Assembly: GCF_006345805.1 (NCBI RefSeq)
Contig: NC_043003.1
Coordinates: forward strand, 63,984,001-64,048,000
Source: Octopus sinensis
Lineage: Eukaryota
DNA: 64,000 nucleotides
Direction of reading: 5' to 3'
Part shown: positions 1 to 13,096 of the stretch, in pieces
Position numbering within the stretch: the first letter of the stretch is position 1
Layout of the letters: each line of letters starts with the position of its first letter
The notes under the pieces: model-generated
The model's database searches: none
What the model saw: only the letters and a program-made list of their open reading frames with translations
What the model was told of the DNA's origin: nothing
Translations under genes and position numbers: made by a program

Positions 1-199
1 ATACCAATATTTGGGATACTAAGCTGGGCACTTGCGGACATCTGCAAATTGGAAATGAGGACTGGCAAGCAACTAACAATAATTAGTAGCTTCGATATCA
101 ACAGTGATACTGAGAGGATCAATGTTAAACGAGAGAATGGAGATAAAGGCACATAATTATTCTGGGCGGCCTCTGAGTGCTGCAGAGGGTCGCTTAGAC

Positions 200-838
200 C
201 AGTGCTACTCAGAGCGGTAGACCGAGTACCGGTACCGGTCCGCAAAAAATCCGCTGCCGGTGCGCTGCGAGTTTCCAGAAAAGAAAGAAACATCATAAAA
301 TGCTTATAAAATGCTTATAAAATGCCTATGTAATATTGTATTATTTGTAGGGCAGTGAGCTGGCAAAATCGTTAGCACGCGGGGCGAAATGCTTAGCGGT
401 ATTTCGTCTGCCGTTACGTTCTGAGTTCAAATTCCACCGAGGTCGACTTTGCCTTTCATCCTTTCGGGGTCGATTAAATAAGTACCAGTTACGCACTGGG
501 GTCGATATAATCGACTTAATCCGTGTGTCTGTGTTTAGCCCCTTGTGGGTAGTAAAGAAATAGGTATTTCGTCTGCCGTTACGTTCTGAGTTTAATCCCT
601 CTGTCTGTCCTTCTTTGTCTCCTCTATGTTTAGCTCCCTGTGGGCAATAAAGAAATAAATATTGTATTATTTGTTTACAAAACAAATATAAGATTTTTAA
701 AAATGTCAACTTTTATTATATTCATTATATATATTGTTTCCTGTATAAATTAATAATACTAAGAAATATTACCAATCCCTGGCACATTGGAAAAAAGAAA
801 CTGCCGGTACGCCACATCAGATAGTTTGAGAAGCAATG
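200..838. mobile_element. Non-autonomous hAT (Charlie-like) element carrying a nested SINE
   Basis: Terminal inverted repeats cagtgctactcaga / tttgagaagcaatg. Flanks gcttagac / atctagac resemble a degenerate 8-bp NTCTAGAN target duplication. Confidence 0.6.
350..660 (+). mobile_element. SINE family A (Nin/Deu-domain SINE)
   Basis: B-box-like gagttcaaattcc followed by gtcgactttgcctttcatcctttcggggtcgat..aagtaccag (Nin/Deu-like core). About a dozen copies occur in the window. Confidence 0.85.
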
Positions 839-1346
839 ATCTAGACAATGCCTACCGAATAGGAAAGAGAGAGATGAGTGCATGACTTGTATACTCAACA
901 GCGAAAAGTGAAAACATCATGAGTTAAGGCAAATAAAAAAGAACTCATGAACAAATACTCTGAGTGTAATACAGCAATTTTAAATGGATCAAGGGTGGAT
1001 AGTACTACCTACTTAAACAGGGACTTGAAAGAGAAATACTCTTTATACCATCAGAAAGTTAAACATGGATACATATCCCACAACGTAAGGAATAACGACA
1101 GCATTGACAGGCTCCCCTGGAGCAGCGATAAATACCTCACATCTTATTTAGAATGCTACGCCTTTGCTGGCCAAAAATAGCATATAACCATAAAGTGTCT
1201 GAATAACAAGGAAGGTAAGAACGCCTCTACGTTATGATAGAAAATGTCGATTGCACCATACCAGTGCGAATAATATCGCCTGTATCCAAAAACCGCTATC
1301 CAAAAATGTCCGCAAGATAATACTCTCCCGTGAGACATGACATTGT

Positions 1347-1502
1347 CGCGTAAGAAATCTACAATGTTATACGTAGGAAGAATTGTCCTTCAAACCATAC
1401 CAAATTATACCTTTTAATCAGATATTCTCTGGTCCAGGCGTGTCTTTGGTATGGTATAGAGGACAGTTCTTCCAGCGAATAGCATTGTCGATTTTTTAAG
1501 CG
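1347..1502. repeat. Imperfect inverted repeat (~58-bp arms), probable MITE remnant
   Basis: 1347-1404 (cgcgtaagaaatctacaatg..ccataccaaa) matches the reverse complement of 1445-1502 (tttggtatgg..cattgtcgattttttaagcg). Confidence 0.65.
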
Positions 1503-1755
1503 AATACTTCTGAGGAAGCGATGGCGGCTTATTGTATGAACTTAAAAACCATTATAGAAACATTTGGATAATAATATTTTTAATCTTTTTCAGTAATATA
1601 TTAATTCATAATAATTCTTTTGCGATATGAACTGATTAACTAATATTGAGATCTAAGTTACGGTTGTCGGTTTGTGAATTATAAAACGTCACGATGCACT
1701 TTTTCATTGAAAGTGTACTATATATGTGTGTGTGTGTGTACATACATACATACAT

Positions 1756-1789
<34 letters not shown>

Positions 1790-1881
1790 CGGGAAGCTTT
1801 ATGAAAATAAACAAAAGACGAAGGCAGGTGGAATACAAACAATTGTATTAGTATGGCGCTCAGGAATATAAATAAAACAAG

Positions 1882-1919
1882 TCTTTTACGTTTCGAGCCT
1901 ACGCTCTTCAACAGAAAGA
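1882..1919 (-). ncRNA. Minimal type I hammerhead-like motif of a Penelope-associated repeat
   Basis: Minus strand: ucuuu-CUGUUGA-a-gagc(guag)gcuc-GAAA-cg-UA-aaaga. Helix I is 5 bp, helix II 4 bp, helix III the palindrome ACGU. A6 is replaced by U. Confidence 0.55.
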
Positions 1920-2179
1920 TACACAGAAAAGAAACACGGAGAGAAACAAGGAGAGAAAAAAAGGGTGCAGAGGCTAGCGAATCAACATGGCGATCTGATT
2001 TCGGCCAGAAGTCAAAGATCAAACGTGAGACGCAAGGGCGAAATTAGGGGAGATAACAGGGTCAAATGACCTTGCCCCAACATAAGAGTGTGTGTGTATG
2101 AGAGAGTATGTAGTGCATATATATATATGTGTATGTACGTATATATATGTATGTATTATTTGCATAATGTAGAGGTTAT

Positions 2180-2540
2180 ACCATTAGCATTGACCAAGCA
2201 ACCTTAGCATCAAATTCAGAATTGGTACACGTGATGACATACTCCCCCTACACAGTTCAGGTTCACAACGCATAAATACACTGCAACACAATTTCTTTTC
2301 CTCAACAGGTTCTGCTCTATTTAACATTAGCCAAAAACAAATTTTAAAAAATAATAAAAAGATCCCACCACTTTCAAATGATATCTGCACAAATTTCTTC
2401 AAGGGCCGCCAGATAACCCCGTTGGATACATTACAGTCAACTACTACATACTTGAATGAGCCATGATACTACAAAATTTTAATTAAAAATGACTTAACAG
2501 ATCCTCTCAAATGGTGCTATTAAGTTAGACATGGCCAGAG
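2180..2540 (+). mobile_element. 3' fragment of a CR1/L2-group LINE ORF2
   Basis: Translates to RINTLQHNFFSSTGSALFNI.., matching the terminal 'NFF...GP.LFN.LP' block of CR1-group ORF2. Frameshifted. Confidence 0.5.
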
Positions 2541-2586
2541 GTCAAACTTTGGCCAAAACATATCGAAAGTTTCATACATATATAAA

Positions 2587-2975
2587 GGCGGCGAGCTGGT
2601 AGAAACGTTAGCACGCCGTTACGTTTTGAGTTCAAATTTCGCCGAGGTCGACTTTGCCTTTCATCCTTTCGGGGTCGATAAATTAAGTACCAGTTATTCC
2701 CTGGAGTCGATATAATCGACTTAATCCGTTTGTCTGTCCTTGTTTGTCCCCTCTGTGTTTAGCCCTTTGTGGGTAGTAAAGAAATAGAAATAGGTATTTC
2801 GTCTGCCGTTACGTTCTGTGTTCAAATTCCGCCGAGGTCGACTTTGCCTTTCATAATTTAGGGGTAGATAAATTAAGTATCAGTTATGTACTGGGATCGA
2901 TGTAATCGATTTAATCCCTTTGGCTGTCCTTGTTTATCCCCTCTATGTTTAGCCCCTTGCGGTCAATAAAGAAAT
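2587..2975 (+). mobile_element. SINE family A, tandem/dimeric copy
   Basis: ggcggcgagctgg head, with the Nin-like core repeated twice (about 2620-2785 and 2793-2975). Confidence 0.85.
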
Positions 2976-3499
2976 ACGAAACATCTAGTTTTCTAAGTAT
3001 TTATTTATAAATGGTTGGTTATTCGCGCTGTCTTTACTACGGTTATACGGGCTTTCTGACGACAAACGATCGCTCATAGCTTCTCTTTCTGTGTGTTATA
3101 TGTTCTGAAGTACATTGTTATTGCATGATATGTATACAGTATATGTAAATCATACGTGAGATGAGATGGATGTAAGATCGTATCTAAATGAGATGCGGAA
3201 GAGAAAGAAGGCCGAGATAAAGAGACACGAGATTATGTCTAGATTAGTATCAGTGTGAATGTTGTATAATTTAAATGTGTGTGTGTGTGTGGCTGGTGTT
3301 TCCGTGCGCCCTCTTTAGGTAAGTTTCTAATTAAGCTTACATTTGGAAAGTTCATTAAATTCTAGTTAGCGTCGTCTCTTCTCTGAACTGCAAGCAGACA
3401 CAATGTTAAAATAAGTACACAGTGTGACAGCAAGGGCTCACACGGGCACACATATATATTTCTCACAGAAACGCAGTCTGCTTTCTAACATGCAAATAT

Positions 3500-3508
3500 A
3501 TACATGTA

Positions 3509-3557
<49 letters not shown>

Positions 3558-3683
3558 TGTGTGTGAGTGTGTATGTGTTTGTGTGTGTGTGCTTGTATAT
3601 TAAGCATACATGTACATTGCAATGTGAAAGCGAAATATTAAAATACAGATGCATATATATATATATACACACACACATATATA

Positions 3684-3745
<62 letters not shown>

Positions 3746-4889
3746 AATATATCAGCTCTCTGTCTCTGTATGTATGAACGTATATATCTATGCATGCATA
3801 CACACATACATATGTACATACATACGTACATACTTACAACCATGCTTGCTTACATACTTGCATGCATACATACATACATACGTACATACATACATACATA
3901 CATACATACATACATACAAGCATGCATACTTACATACATAAATACAAGCATGCATACTTACATATATATATACATACCTATAAGCATGCATACTTACATA
4001 TATACATACATACGCAATGCATAATTACGTATATACATACATACATACACACATGCATACTTACATGCATGCATACTTGCATCAATACATCCATCCATAC
4101 ATACAAGTATGCATACTTAAATATATACGTATATACTCGCATGCATACTTACATCCACCCATCCATCCATCCATCCATCCATCCTTCCATACATACATAC
4201 ATACATACATATATATACATACATACATACATACACGCATGCATACTTACATATATACATACACGCATACATACTTACATATATACATACATACATACAC
4301 GCATGCATTATTGCATATATGCATTCTTACATATATATATATACATACATATATAGATACGTACAGAAAGACAGACAGACAGACAAACAGGCAAACATAT
4401 TAGAATAAGGCCAAACATATTAGAATAAGGCCAAAATATATAAAAGAAGGAGAGTTGGTATAGTTATGATGATGCACTGTTAAAAATATGTGAGAGGAGG
4501 GGAGGGGAGGGGGAGCGGGAAGAAGTAATACAGAAAAAGAGAGAGAGGGGAACGAAGAAGGGGAGTAGAGATAAATAATTTTAACTCAAGAATATTGACC
4601 TTATCTCTCCCATATCGTTGATCAGTTCACCTATTTTATCGATCATATACAGATGTTACACAAAACGAGCCGATATGTGTGTACGTGTGTACGTGTGTGT
4701 GTGTGTAATAAAACATACACACACACACACACACACATACACACCGACGTGAATATGTGTGTGTATGTGTGTGTGTCTATATGTGTGTGTGTGTGTGACT
4801 GTGTACATGTATGCATATGTATTTGTATGTGTATAAGTAAATATATATATATTCATATATATAAATATGTATATGCATATATATGTGTG

Positions 4890-4973
<84 letters not shown>

Positions 4974-5078
4974 TAGATGTGAATATGTGTGTGAGTGTGT
5001 GTGCATGCATGTATATATATATATATGTGTGTATTAATAAATATATTTATTTATATTTATAGATACATATGTACATAT

Positions 5079-5151
<73 letters not shown>

Positions 5152-5187
5152 CATGAATATGTGTGTGTATGTATGTGTATATATATA
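3500..5187. repeat. Compound microsatellite field: (TG)n, (CA)n, (TACA)n, (TA)n, (GA)n
   Basis: Directly visible. It is the source of many spurious C/V/Y/I/H/T-rich ORFs. Confidence 0.95.
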
Positions 5188-6560
5188 CATTGAGGGGATA
5201 AATATTTGTACATGTCAAAATTCTTTATTTATTTAATTTCTAATGAACATAAATGAGATATACTAATACTATATTTGCATACACATGCATGGCCACAGCT
5301 CGTGAGCTGAAACTAGATAAAAATAAAAATAAAAAAAAAACTAAGAATATGCAAAAGAAACTAATAAATTATAGTAACTAAGGAATTTATATTCAATTAT
5401 AAATACTTAGGGGTGAAAAAAGTATTCGTACAGAGCATAAATAACTGATAATTCTGATTTAATACTTTGTAGCATAACCATTATTCAGTTCCACTTCAAC
5501 CATTCTCTTCTTGTAGTTCTTAATCAACGACTCGCATGTTTCTTTAGGAATTTTTTCCCATTCTTCTTGACAAATTTTCTTCAAATCTGCAATGCACGTT
5601 GGGGCCCTTGAATGAATTTTAATTTTCAAATAACGCCACAAATTTTCAATGGGGTTCAAGTCAGGTGACTGGCTTGGCCATTCTAATAATTTTATATTGT
5701 GATCGACAATCCATTTTTTGGCAGACTTCGCCGTGTGCTTAGGGTCGTTACCCTGTTGTAAAACCCACCCTTCACAAAGCTGGAGCTTTTCTACAGAGTC
5801 CCATAAATTATTGTTCAAAATATTTTGGTACATCTCTGCATTCATTCTACTATCTATCACATGTAAATTGCCAGTACCATTTGCAGAGAAACACTCCCAC
5901 ACCATGATGTTGCCACCTCCAAACTTTACGGTAGGGATTGTGCTTTTCCTCCAAACATGGCTACGCGAATTTCGTCCAAACAATTCAATTTTTGATTCGT
6001 CTGTCCATAGAACATTTTCCAAAAATGTATCAGATTTATCTTTATGTTCATAAACAAATTTTAAACGGGCATCTCTATGCCTTTTAGTCAACAGCAGAGT
6101 TTTCTAGGAGAGCGCGACTTCAGTTCATTCCTATGAAGTTCATTGCTGATTGTTCATAGTGTAACACTAGTCCCTGAAGCTAACAAATCTTCTTGTAACT
6201 CCTTTCTGGTGATCATTGCGTTTTTGGGGGGGATTTTTCGATTATTCGCTTCATTTTTCTTAAAGATCTAGGGGAAATCTTGCGTGGTGCACCGGATCTT
6301 ATTCTGTTTTCAACAGTTCCTGATTCTTTATATCTTTGAATAAATGAAGATATGGTAGTAAATGGAATACAAAGGGTCTCTGATATTTTCCTGTAACTTT
6401 TACCTGCTTTCCATTGTTCAATAATGAAATTTTTCACTGAATTTGTGAGTTCTTTAGTTTTCGCCATTATTACGATACTACTTTATGTTGTCTCAGTGCT
6501 GAATGAAGAAGCTAGTGTTTTGACACTTAAAAATGACAACTGATAAGATTATTGGAACAA
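5188..6560 (-). mobile_element. Tc1-family (DD34E, IR/DR type) transposon; one end missing
   Basis: TA then cattgaggggataaatatttgtaca (5188), plus an inner direct repeat cttaggggtgaaaaaagtattcgtaca (5406-5432). No matching repeat is seen upstream of the transposase start. Confidence 0.8.
5459..6467 (-). pseudogene. Tc1-like transposase pseudogene
   Basis: ORF 6213-6467 encodes a paired-like HTH with GAPRK. ORF 5459-6091 encodes WTDESKIELFG, TVKFGGG, QQGNDPKH and SPDLNPIENLW. It is frameshifted, and the second catalytic D is mutated to G. Confidence 0.92.
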
Positions 6561-7388
6561 ACGAGAAGCCTCTCAAACATGTGTGTGTGTGTGTGTGCGC
6601 GCGCGCGCATGTAAATCGCTTTCTTGAAGTGGAACTCGTAATAGATTAAGCAATGTAAAATCCTTTCTGTTATAAGCACAAAACCTGAAATGTTATGGGG
6701 AGCGAGCTCGTCCATTACATCGACCCCAGTGCTCGACTGGTATTTATTTTATCTACCCCGCAAAAGGATGAAAAGCAAAGCCGAACTCAGTGAAATTTGA
6801 GCTCAGAACAAAAAGACGGACGAAATGCCGCTAATTATTTTGTCATACGCGGTAAAGGTTTTGCCAGCTCGCTATTTTAAATAAAGTAATGAGTAATGGT
6901 CTCCAATGTCTGTTCAGGACTACAGCTTTTGAGGGGAGGGGATAGTCGATTACATCGACTCCACTACTTCATTGGTAATTTTTATCGACTCCGAAAGCAT
7001 GAAAGGCAAAGTCGACCACGGCGAAATTTCGTAAAAACGGACTAAATGTAGGTTAGTATTTTGTCCGGCGGGTTTTGGGTTCAGTCCCATTGTGTTCCTA
7101 TCTTCTACAATAGAAACAGACTGACCTATACTTTGTGAGTAAATTTGGTAGAGTGAAATTGTGAGGAAGCATGTTGTATATATATATATATATATATTAC
7201 ATCGACTATCCCCTCCCCTCAAAAGCTGTAGTCCTGAACAGTCTTGGCATCTGAAACAGCTGGAAATACAAAAGTCTGACCAAAAGAACCGGTTATTGCA
7301 AGCAAAAATAGATATTGGAAAAACGCATTTGACCAAATTTGGACATACGACAGTTTAACATAATAGCAACGATATATATTATGTGTGC

Positions 7389-7430
<42 letters not shown>

Positions 7431-8318
7431 ACGTATGTTTGCACGCGCGCGTGTGTGTGTGTGTGCTTGTGATTTACCCCTATCGCTTGTAAACCGATGT
7501 CGGTTTGTTTACTTCCTCGTAACTTCGCAATTCGGCAAAGAAACGCACGGAATAAGTATCAGACCTTGAAAAAAAGAAAAGAAAAAAAAGAGAGGAAGTC
7601 CTGTGGTTTATTTGTTCAAATGAAAAACCTTTCAACGTGGTGCTCCAGCATGGCCGCTGTCCAATGACTGAGACAAGTAAACGTGCAAAGGAAGAAGATA
7701 ACAGTTTTTTAAAAATGAGCAGCGGGAGGAGGAGGAGGAGGAGGAGGGGGGTAAATTCCAGAGGACTGACATTACAACTTGGGAATTGGGTAGAGAGAGG
7801 TTAGCGACGAAATACTATGAGTAATGTAATAAGAAAAGAGATGAGTGGACTGAGAGGGAGTTGGGAAGTGAGTAGGGAACGTCTGAATTGAAACATTTAT
7901 AGAAAAAGTTAAAAACACATAGATAACAGACGTCCTAAAGACAAAATGATCGAAGATAGAAATGATCTGAATGGTATACGACTGCTCATAATTCAAAATG
8001 GCGTGTAGACAGTTTTATACGAGGAAAAGGAAGCATAACTGAGCATCTATTGTAATGTTAAAATATATTTCACTTTTGTAGGTTGGCTTTTCATAAAATG
8101 CTTTATTTGCTGTAAAAAAAAAAAAGGTGGTGGATGTTATTGTGTTTTAAGGGGGAAACTAAAGTATGCCATTCATTTTTGGTTAAACCTGTACATAAAT
8201 TAATAAATTACAAATCGGGGATACGATATATTTTCTTTCTTTCATTATTAATGTTACCATCAGCATGGCCGCAGCTCTGAGCTGAAACTAGAGAGAATAT
8301 ATATATATATATACAAAT

Positions 8319-8352
<34 letters not shown>

Positions 8353-8445
8353 TGTGTGTGTGTAAATGTAACTAGATATTATTTAAACACATCGACATAA
8401 TCCGAACTACGCCATCTTTATTATAGGGGGATGGGTTAGGAAACG

Positions 8446-8981
8446 GCATATATATATATATATATACAATATATATATACATATATATATACATAATATA
8501 TATATATATATATATAATATATATATACATATATATATATATAATATATATATATATATATAATATATATATATATAATATATATACATACATACATATA
8601 TAATATATACATATATATATATAATATACATATGCATATATATACATATATACATATATATATACATACATATACATATATATATATGTGTATATTCATA
8701 CATATACATACATTCATATACATAAATATATTGATATACATAAGTATATACATATAATATATATATATGTATATACTTATATATATATATATATAATATA
8801 CATATATATATATACATATGCATATATAACATATATACATATATTATACATACATATACATATATATATATGTGTATATTCATACATATACATACATTCA
8901 TATACATAAATATATTGATATACATAAGTATATACATATATATATATATATGTATATACTTATATATATATATATATATAC

Positions 8982-9015
<34 letters not shown>

Positions 9016-9078
9016 GCATGTATATATATATAGACATATGTATATATACACATATATATATACAAATATATACATACT

Positions 9079-9109
<31 letters not shown>

Positions 9110-9110
9110 A
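8446..9110. repeat. (TA)n-rich microsatellite field with internal duplication
   Basis: The block gtgtatattcatacatatacatacattcatatacataaatatattgatatacataag occurs twice (about 8688 and 8872). Confidence 0.9.
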
Positions 9111-9849
9111 CAACGTTTTATCTTCCCTTCTCATTTCCATATAGCGGGAATGGTTGAATACTTAACTATTCACAAAACTGTTCGCATTCTCTCCCCGTAT
9201 TTCCCCCTTCAGCTTCCACCCAATATAACCACTCCTGTTCTCACTATGAACAACAATGCACTCTTTAGCCTTCCATACTTATTTCCATATACCCTTTATC
9301 CTTTCCTCTTTCCTTTTTTTTTTTTTTTTCCTTTATGTCCATCCTCTCCCGCAGTCATGTTTTTATATAATTTTATGTCCGTCACCTTAGATGTGTGTCT
9401 GTGTGTTAAGGAGAGAAAGTGATTTGTTTATGCAGAGACGTCAGTAAAGAACATTTGTACAAACCGGGTCTAATCTATTCTAAAGTGCTCCATAAACTAT
9501 TTAACGATTTCAGAACTATGACAATTGTGTACGATAGAAGAAAAGGCATTGAAGAACAAGAATTACTCTGCGAAAGAAAACATTAAAAAATATGTAGTAA
9601 ATAACTGATGTATTCCGAGAATATCCAAAGTTTTCTTAAGTAATTGCCTGGTCTCTTCAGCCAGATTGCTAAGAGAAAAATACGTGTGCTAGACTGTTTT
9701 GTATAAGCGGAAGTTACCTAAGTAAGACCTTGGGTGACGCTACAATTTTTGCTTCCTTTTGCCGTTTGTGAGGGACGTTTTAATAAATTAGGAGTTTATC
9801 GTGTGAAGCATTCACCATACTCAATGGTACGCATGGCATTTAGGTTCGA

Positions 9850-10200
9850 CGGCTATTTAACAATTGCGTGGCCACTCAGAAATTCCAGGTTGAATGTCCG
9901 GTTTACAGGAAGACCACCGAGAGTGAGACACCCCTCTGTTTCTATTAAAGGTGACTCTGATATAAAACTGGATTTGCAGGGAATGGCAGTGGACATTTTG
10001 GTGATCTTTTGCTTTCACTTGAGATCGTGGCTTTCAAACATTCCTGAGCCTGCGACCCATATTGGCACTGTATATCTTGCCTCAAATCAGTAGGGTGGCG
10101 AGGGTCTATGAGGCGTCGTTACAAGCTTTATTAGACCTAAAATTGTACATGGGTATTGCTGACATTCTGCATCAACGTTGCTGCTGGTGAACATAATGTT
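9850..10200 (+). mobile_element. Possible highly degraded LINE post-RT fragment
   Basis: Peptide traces FTGRPPRVRHPSVSIKG, FHLRSW and TSFIRPKIVHG resemble 'L.W..HI' and 'YKA.IRPK.EYG' blocks. Confidence 0.3.
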
Positions 10201-10359
10201 TTTAATTGTCAGTGATGGTCTTCCCCGGCCATCGAGCGGACAGCCGCCATGTATGCATGTATGTATGTATGTATGTATGTATTTATGTATGTATGTATGT
10301 ATGTATGTATGTATGTATGTATGTATGTATGCATGCATGTATGTATTCATGTAAGTATG

Positions 10360-10393
<34 letters not shown>

Positions 10394-10521
10394 TGTATGT
10401 ATGTAGGTAGGTAGGTAGGTAGCTAGGTAGCTAGGTAGGTAGGTGGGTAGGGAGGTATGTAGGTAGGTAGGTAGGTAGATAAGTATGTAGGTAGGTAGGT
10501 AGGTAGGTAGGTATGTAGGTA

Positions 10522-10749
10522 GGCGAGCTGGCAGAAACGTTAACACGCCGGGCGAAATGCTTAGCAGTATTTCGTGTGTCTTTACGCTCTGAGTTCAAAT
10601 TCCGCCGAGGTCGACTTTACCTTTCATCTTTTCGGGGTTGATAAATTAAGTACCAGTTACGCACTGGATATCGATGTAATCGACTTAATCCGTTTGTCTG
10701 TCCTTGTTTGCCCCCTCTGTGTTTAGCCCCTTGTGGGCAATAAAGAAAT

Positions 10750-10750
<1 letters not shown>
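10522..10750 (+). mobile_element. SINE family A
   Basis: Same head and Nin-like core as 2587-2975; CpGs largely retained. Confidence 0.85.
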
Positions 10751-10817
<67 letters not shown>

Positions 10818-11247
10818 ATGCCCTTGTGGGCAATAAAGAAATAAGATAGATAGATAGGTAGGTAGGTAGGAGATAGGTACAACTATACGTGCATACAAAC
10901 ACACGCTCCCTGAAGACGGAGGCTCGTCTCATTCTACGATGGAATTAATCTACGAACATTATTTTGAAACACCGATCCACCCCACTCCCCAGAAACAGCT
11001 GTTGGATTTGTATTACCTTTCTTCATCACCTTTAGTTCTCTATATCATTTATATCCTAAGTAGGACCCTTTTGTATGTAAACATAGATTTATCGTAATTC
11101 ATGAAATTTAATATAACTTATATATTGACCTGTCTAACTTGCTTATCCCCACATATACTTTTCTACTCGCTGAACTTTAAATCTCTTGAGCACTACTAAG
11201 CGTATTCTATACAGAGAATATCTGATTCTCATCTATGAAATACATAC

Positions 11248-11548
11248 ATCACCGTGATCACCGTGACCGACCAGGCTATCAGACGTTACTACACATCGCT
11301 GGTCACAATGCGCTTCGCATTGTTTTAGCCTTCAGATGACGCCAGGCCAACAGAAGAGAGCGAGCAGGCCAACAGAAGAAAGAGTGAGAGAAAGTTATGG
11401 CGAAAGAGTACAGCAGGGTTCGCCACTACCCCCTGCCGGAGCCTCGTGGAGCTTTTAGGTGTTTTCGCTCAATAAACACACAAAACGCCCGGTCTGGGAA
11501 TCGAAACGTGAGTCCGCTGCCCTAACCACTGGGCCATTGCGCCTCCAC
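11248..11548 (-). mobile_element. tRNA-derived SINE family C
   Basis: Minus strand: A-box tggcccagtgg and B-box gtttcgattcc. A degenerate + copy lies at about 29915-30160. Confidence 0.75.
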
Positions 11549-11561
11549 ACATACATACTAC

Positions 11562-11693
<132 letters not shown>

Positions 11694-12014
11694 ATATACA
11701 TACATACAATTTTCTTGATTCTTTTATGTAGTGGTTGCAGGAAGCTCTGGCTTTCGTTAGGAATGTCCATATAACAATTCATGATACAGAGGCTAGGAGC
11801 CTATTTCAGTTCGGGAGTGAATCGTCATCACATGTCACTTAGTCGCAAACACATGTCATATAGCTGCAATAGAATGCTGTATCACCAACAATGTTATTTC
11901 TCTAAGACACCACCCAGTAATCTATCAAAGCCAATTACACATTTCTCAATACGTACTGTTGTTATGACTTCCCTCCCTCATTTTGTGCCTCCATCATAGA
12001 TGGGTAGATTTGTC

Positions 12015-12072
<58 letters not shown>

Positions 12073-12297
12073 GCCCTATGCAGTACCAGGCAGTGGCTCT
12101 CATGGCTTCTCATCTTAACTGATTGGAAGTGTAATCATGTACGTTATTTTTTCTTGTATAAAAGATGGGCTACAACAAATATTCTGCTCAATATCACAGA
12201 TTTTGCTTGTCAGTTGTTTGACCTTAACCAGTTGAGCATGTCCCATAGTGGCTGACGATATGTTCATCTCTGATCACGAGCAGAAGTAGTGGGGGAG

Positions 12298-12332
<35 letters not shown>

Positions 12333-12415
12333 TATACGTATGTTATGTATGTATGTATGTATGTATGTAGTATGTATGTATATATATATATAGATTATAT
12401 ATATATAATATATAT

Positions 12416-12446
<31 letters not shown>

Positions 12447-12463
12447 ATATATATATATATATA

Positions 12464-12991
12464 CAGGGTGATTGAGAAGTAACTCTCTATTTTAAAATAC
12501 TAAAAAATAATTATTAATTGTAATTTTTACCAAAAAAATATGTATATAAGGGGAAAACTTTTAGTATGAGGTTTTATTTAAAATTCGATATGGGATCTAG
12601 ATGTCGCCACCAGCTTTTTGAGTCGCCCTGGAATAGCGTCAAGTGATTTCACCAGGAACTCTGGTGGGATAGAAAACATATAACTTCTCGAATTTGCCCT
12701 TCAAATTCTTTCAAGTTTTTGGATTTGGTACAATGGACTTGTTCCTTTAACTGACCCCAAAGAAAGACGTTACAAGATATTAAGTCGGAACTCCTGGCTG
12801 GCCACTGATGCGGACCACGACGTCCCATCCATTTCCCGGGGATGTGGGCATCTATCCGTTCACGAACGACATGAGCAATACGATTAGATTAAATTTTCAT
12901 ACTACAAAAACCAAACACAAAAAATTAAGAAGAAATACAATTGATAAATAATTTGTATTTTAAAATAGGGAGTTAGTTTTTAATTACCCTG
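12464..12991 (-). mobile_element. Internally deleted mariner-like element (rosa/DD41D-like) with intact ends
   Basis: TA-flanked ~36-bp TIRs cagggtgattgagaagtaactctctattttaaaata / tattttaaaatagggagttagtttttaattaccctg. The internal minus-strand peptide is PGKWMGRRGPHQWPARSSDLISCNVFLWGQLKEQV. Confidence 0.85.
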
Positions 12992-12996
12992 TATAT

Positions 12997-13096
12997 NNNN
13001 NNNNNNNNNNNNNNNNNNNNNNNNNNNNNNNNNNNNNNNNNNNNNNNNNNNNNNNNNNNNNNNNNNNNNNNNNNNNNNNNNNNNNNNNNNNNNNNN
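12997..13096. other. Assembly gap (100 N)
   Basis: Exactly 100 N; distance and order across it are uncertain. Confidence 0.99.

Larger units (their letters stand above)
1..1225 (+). mobile_element. Degenerate R4/Dong-like (RLE-type) non-LTR retrotransposon fragment, interrupted by a hAT MITE
   Basis: Frame 1 reads IPIFGILSWALADICKLEMRTGKQLT..SFDINSDTERINVKRENGDKG, like the post-RT 'FGIINW..D.KTRK.LT..FH.NSD.DRLY..R..GGRGL' block. After the insert, ORF 947-1180 reads YHQKVKHGYI..WSSDKYLTSYLECYAFAGQ, like 'MHGY..W..EG...AIQEQ'. Confidence 0.65.
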
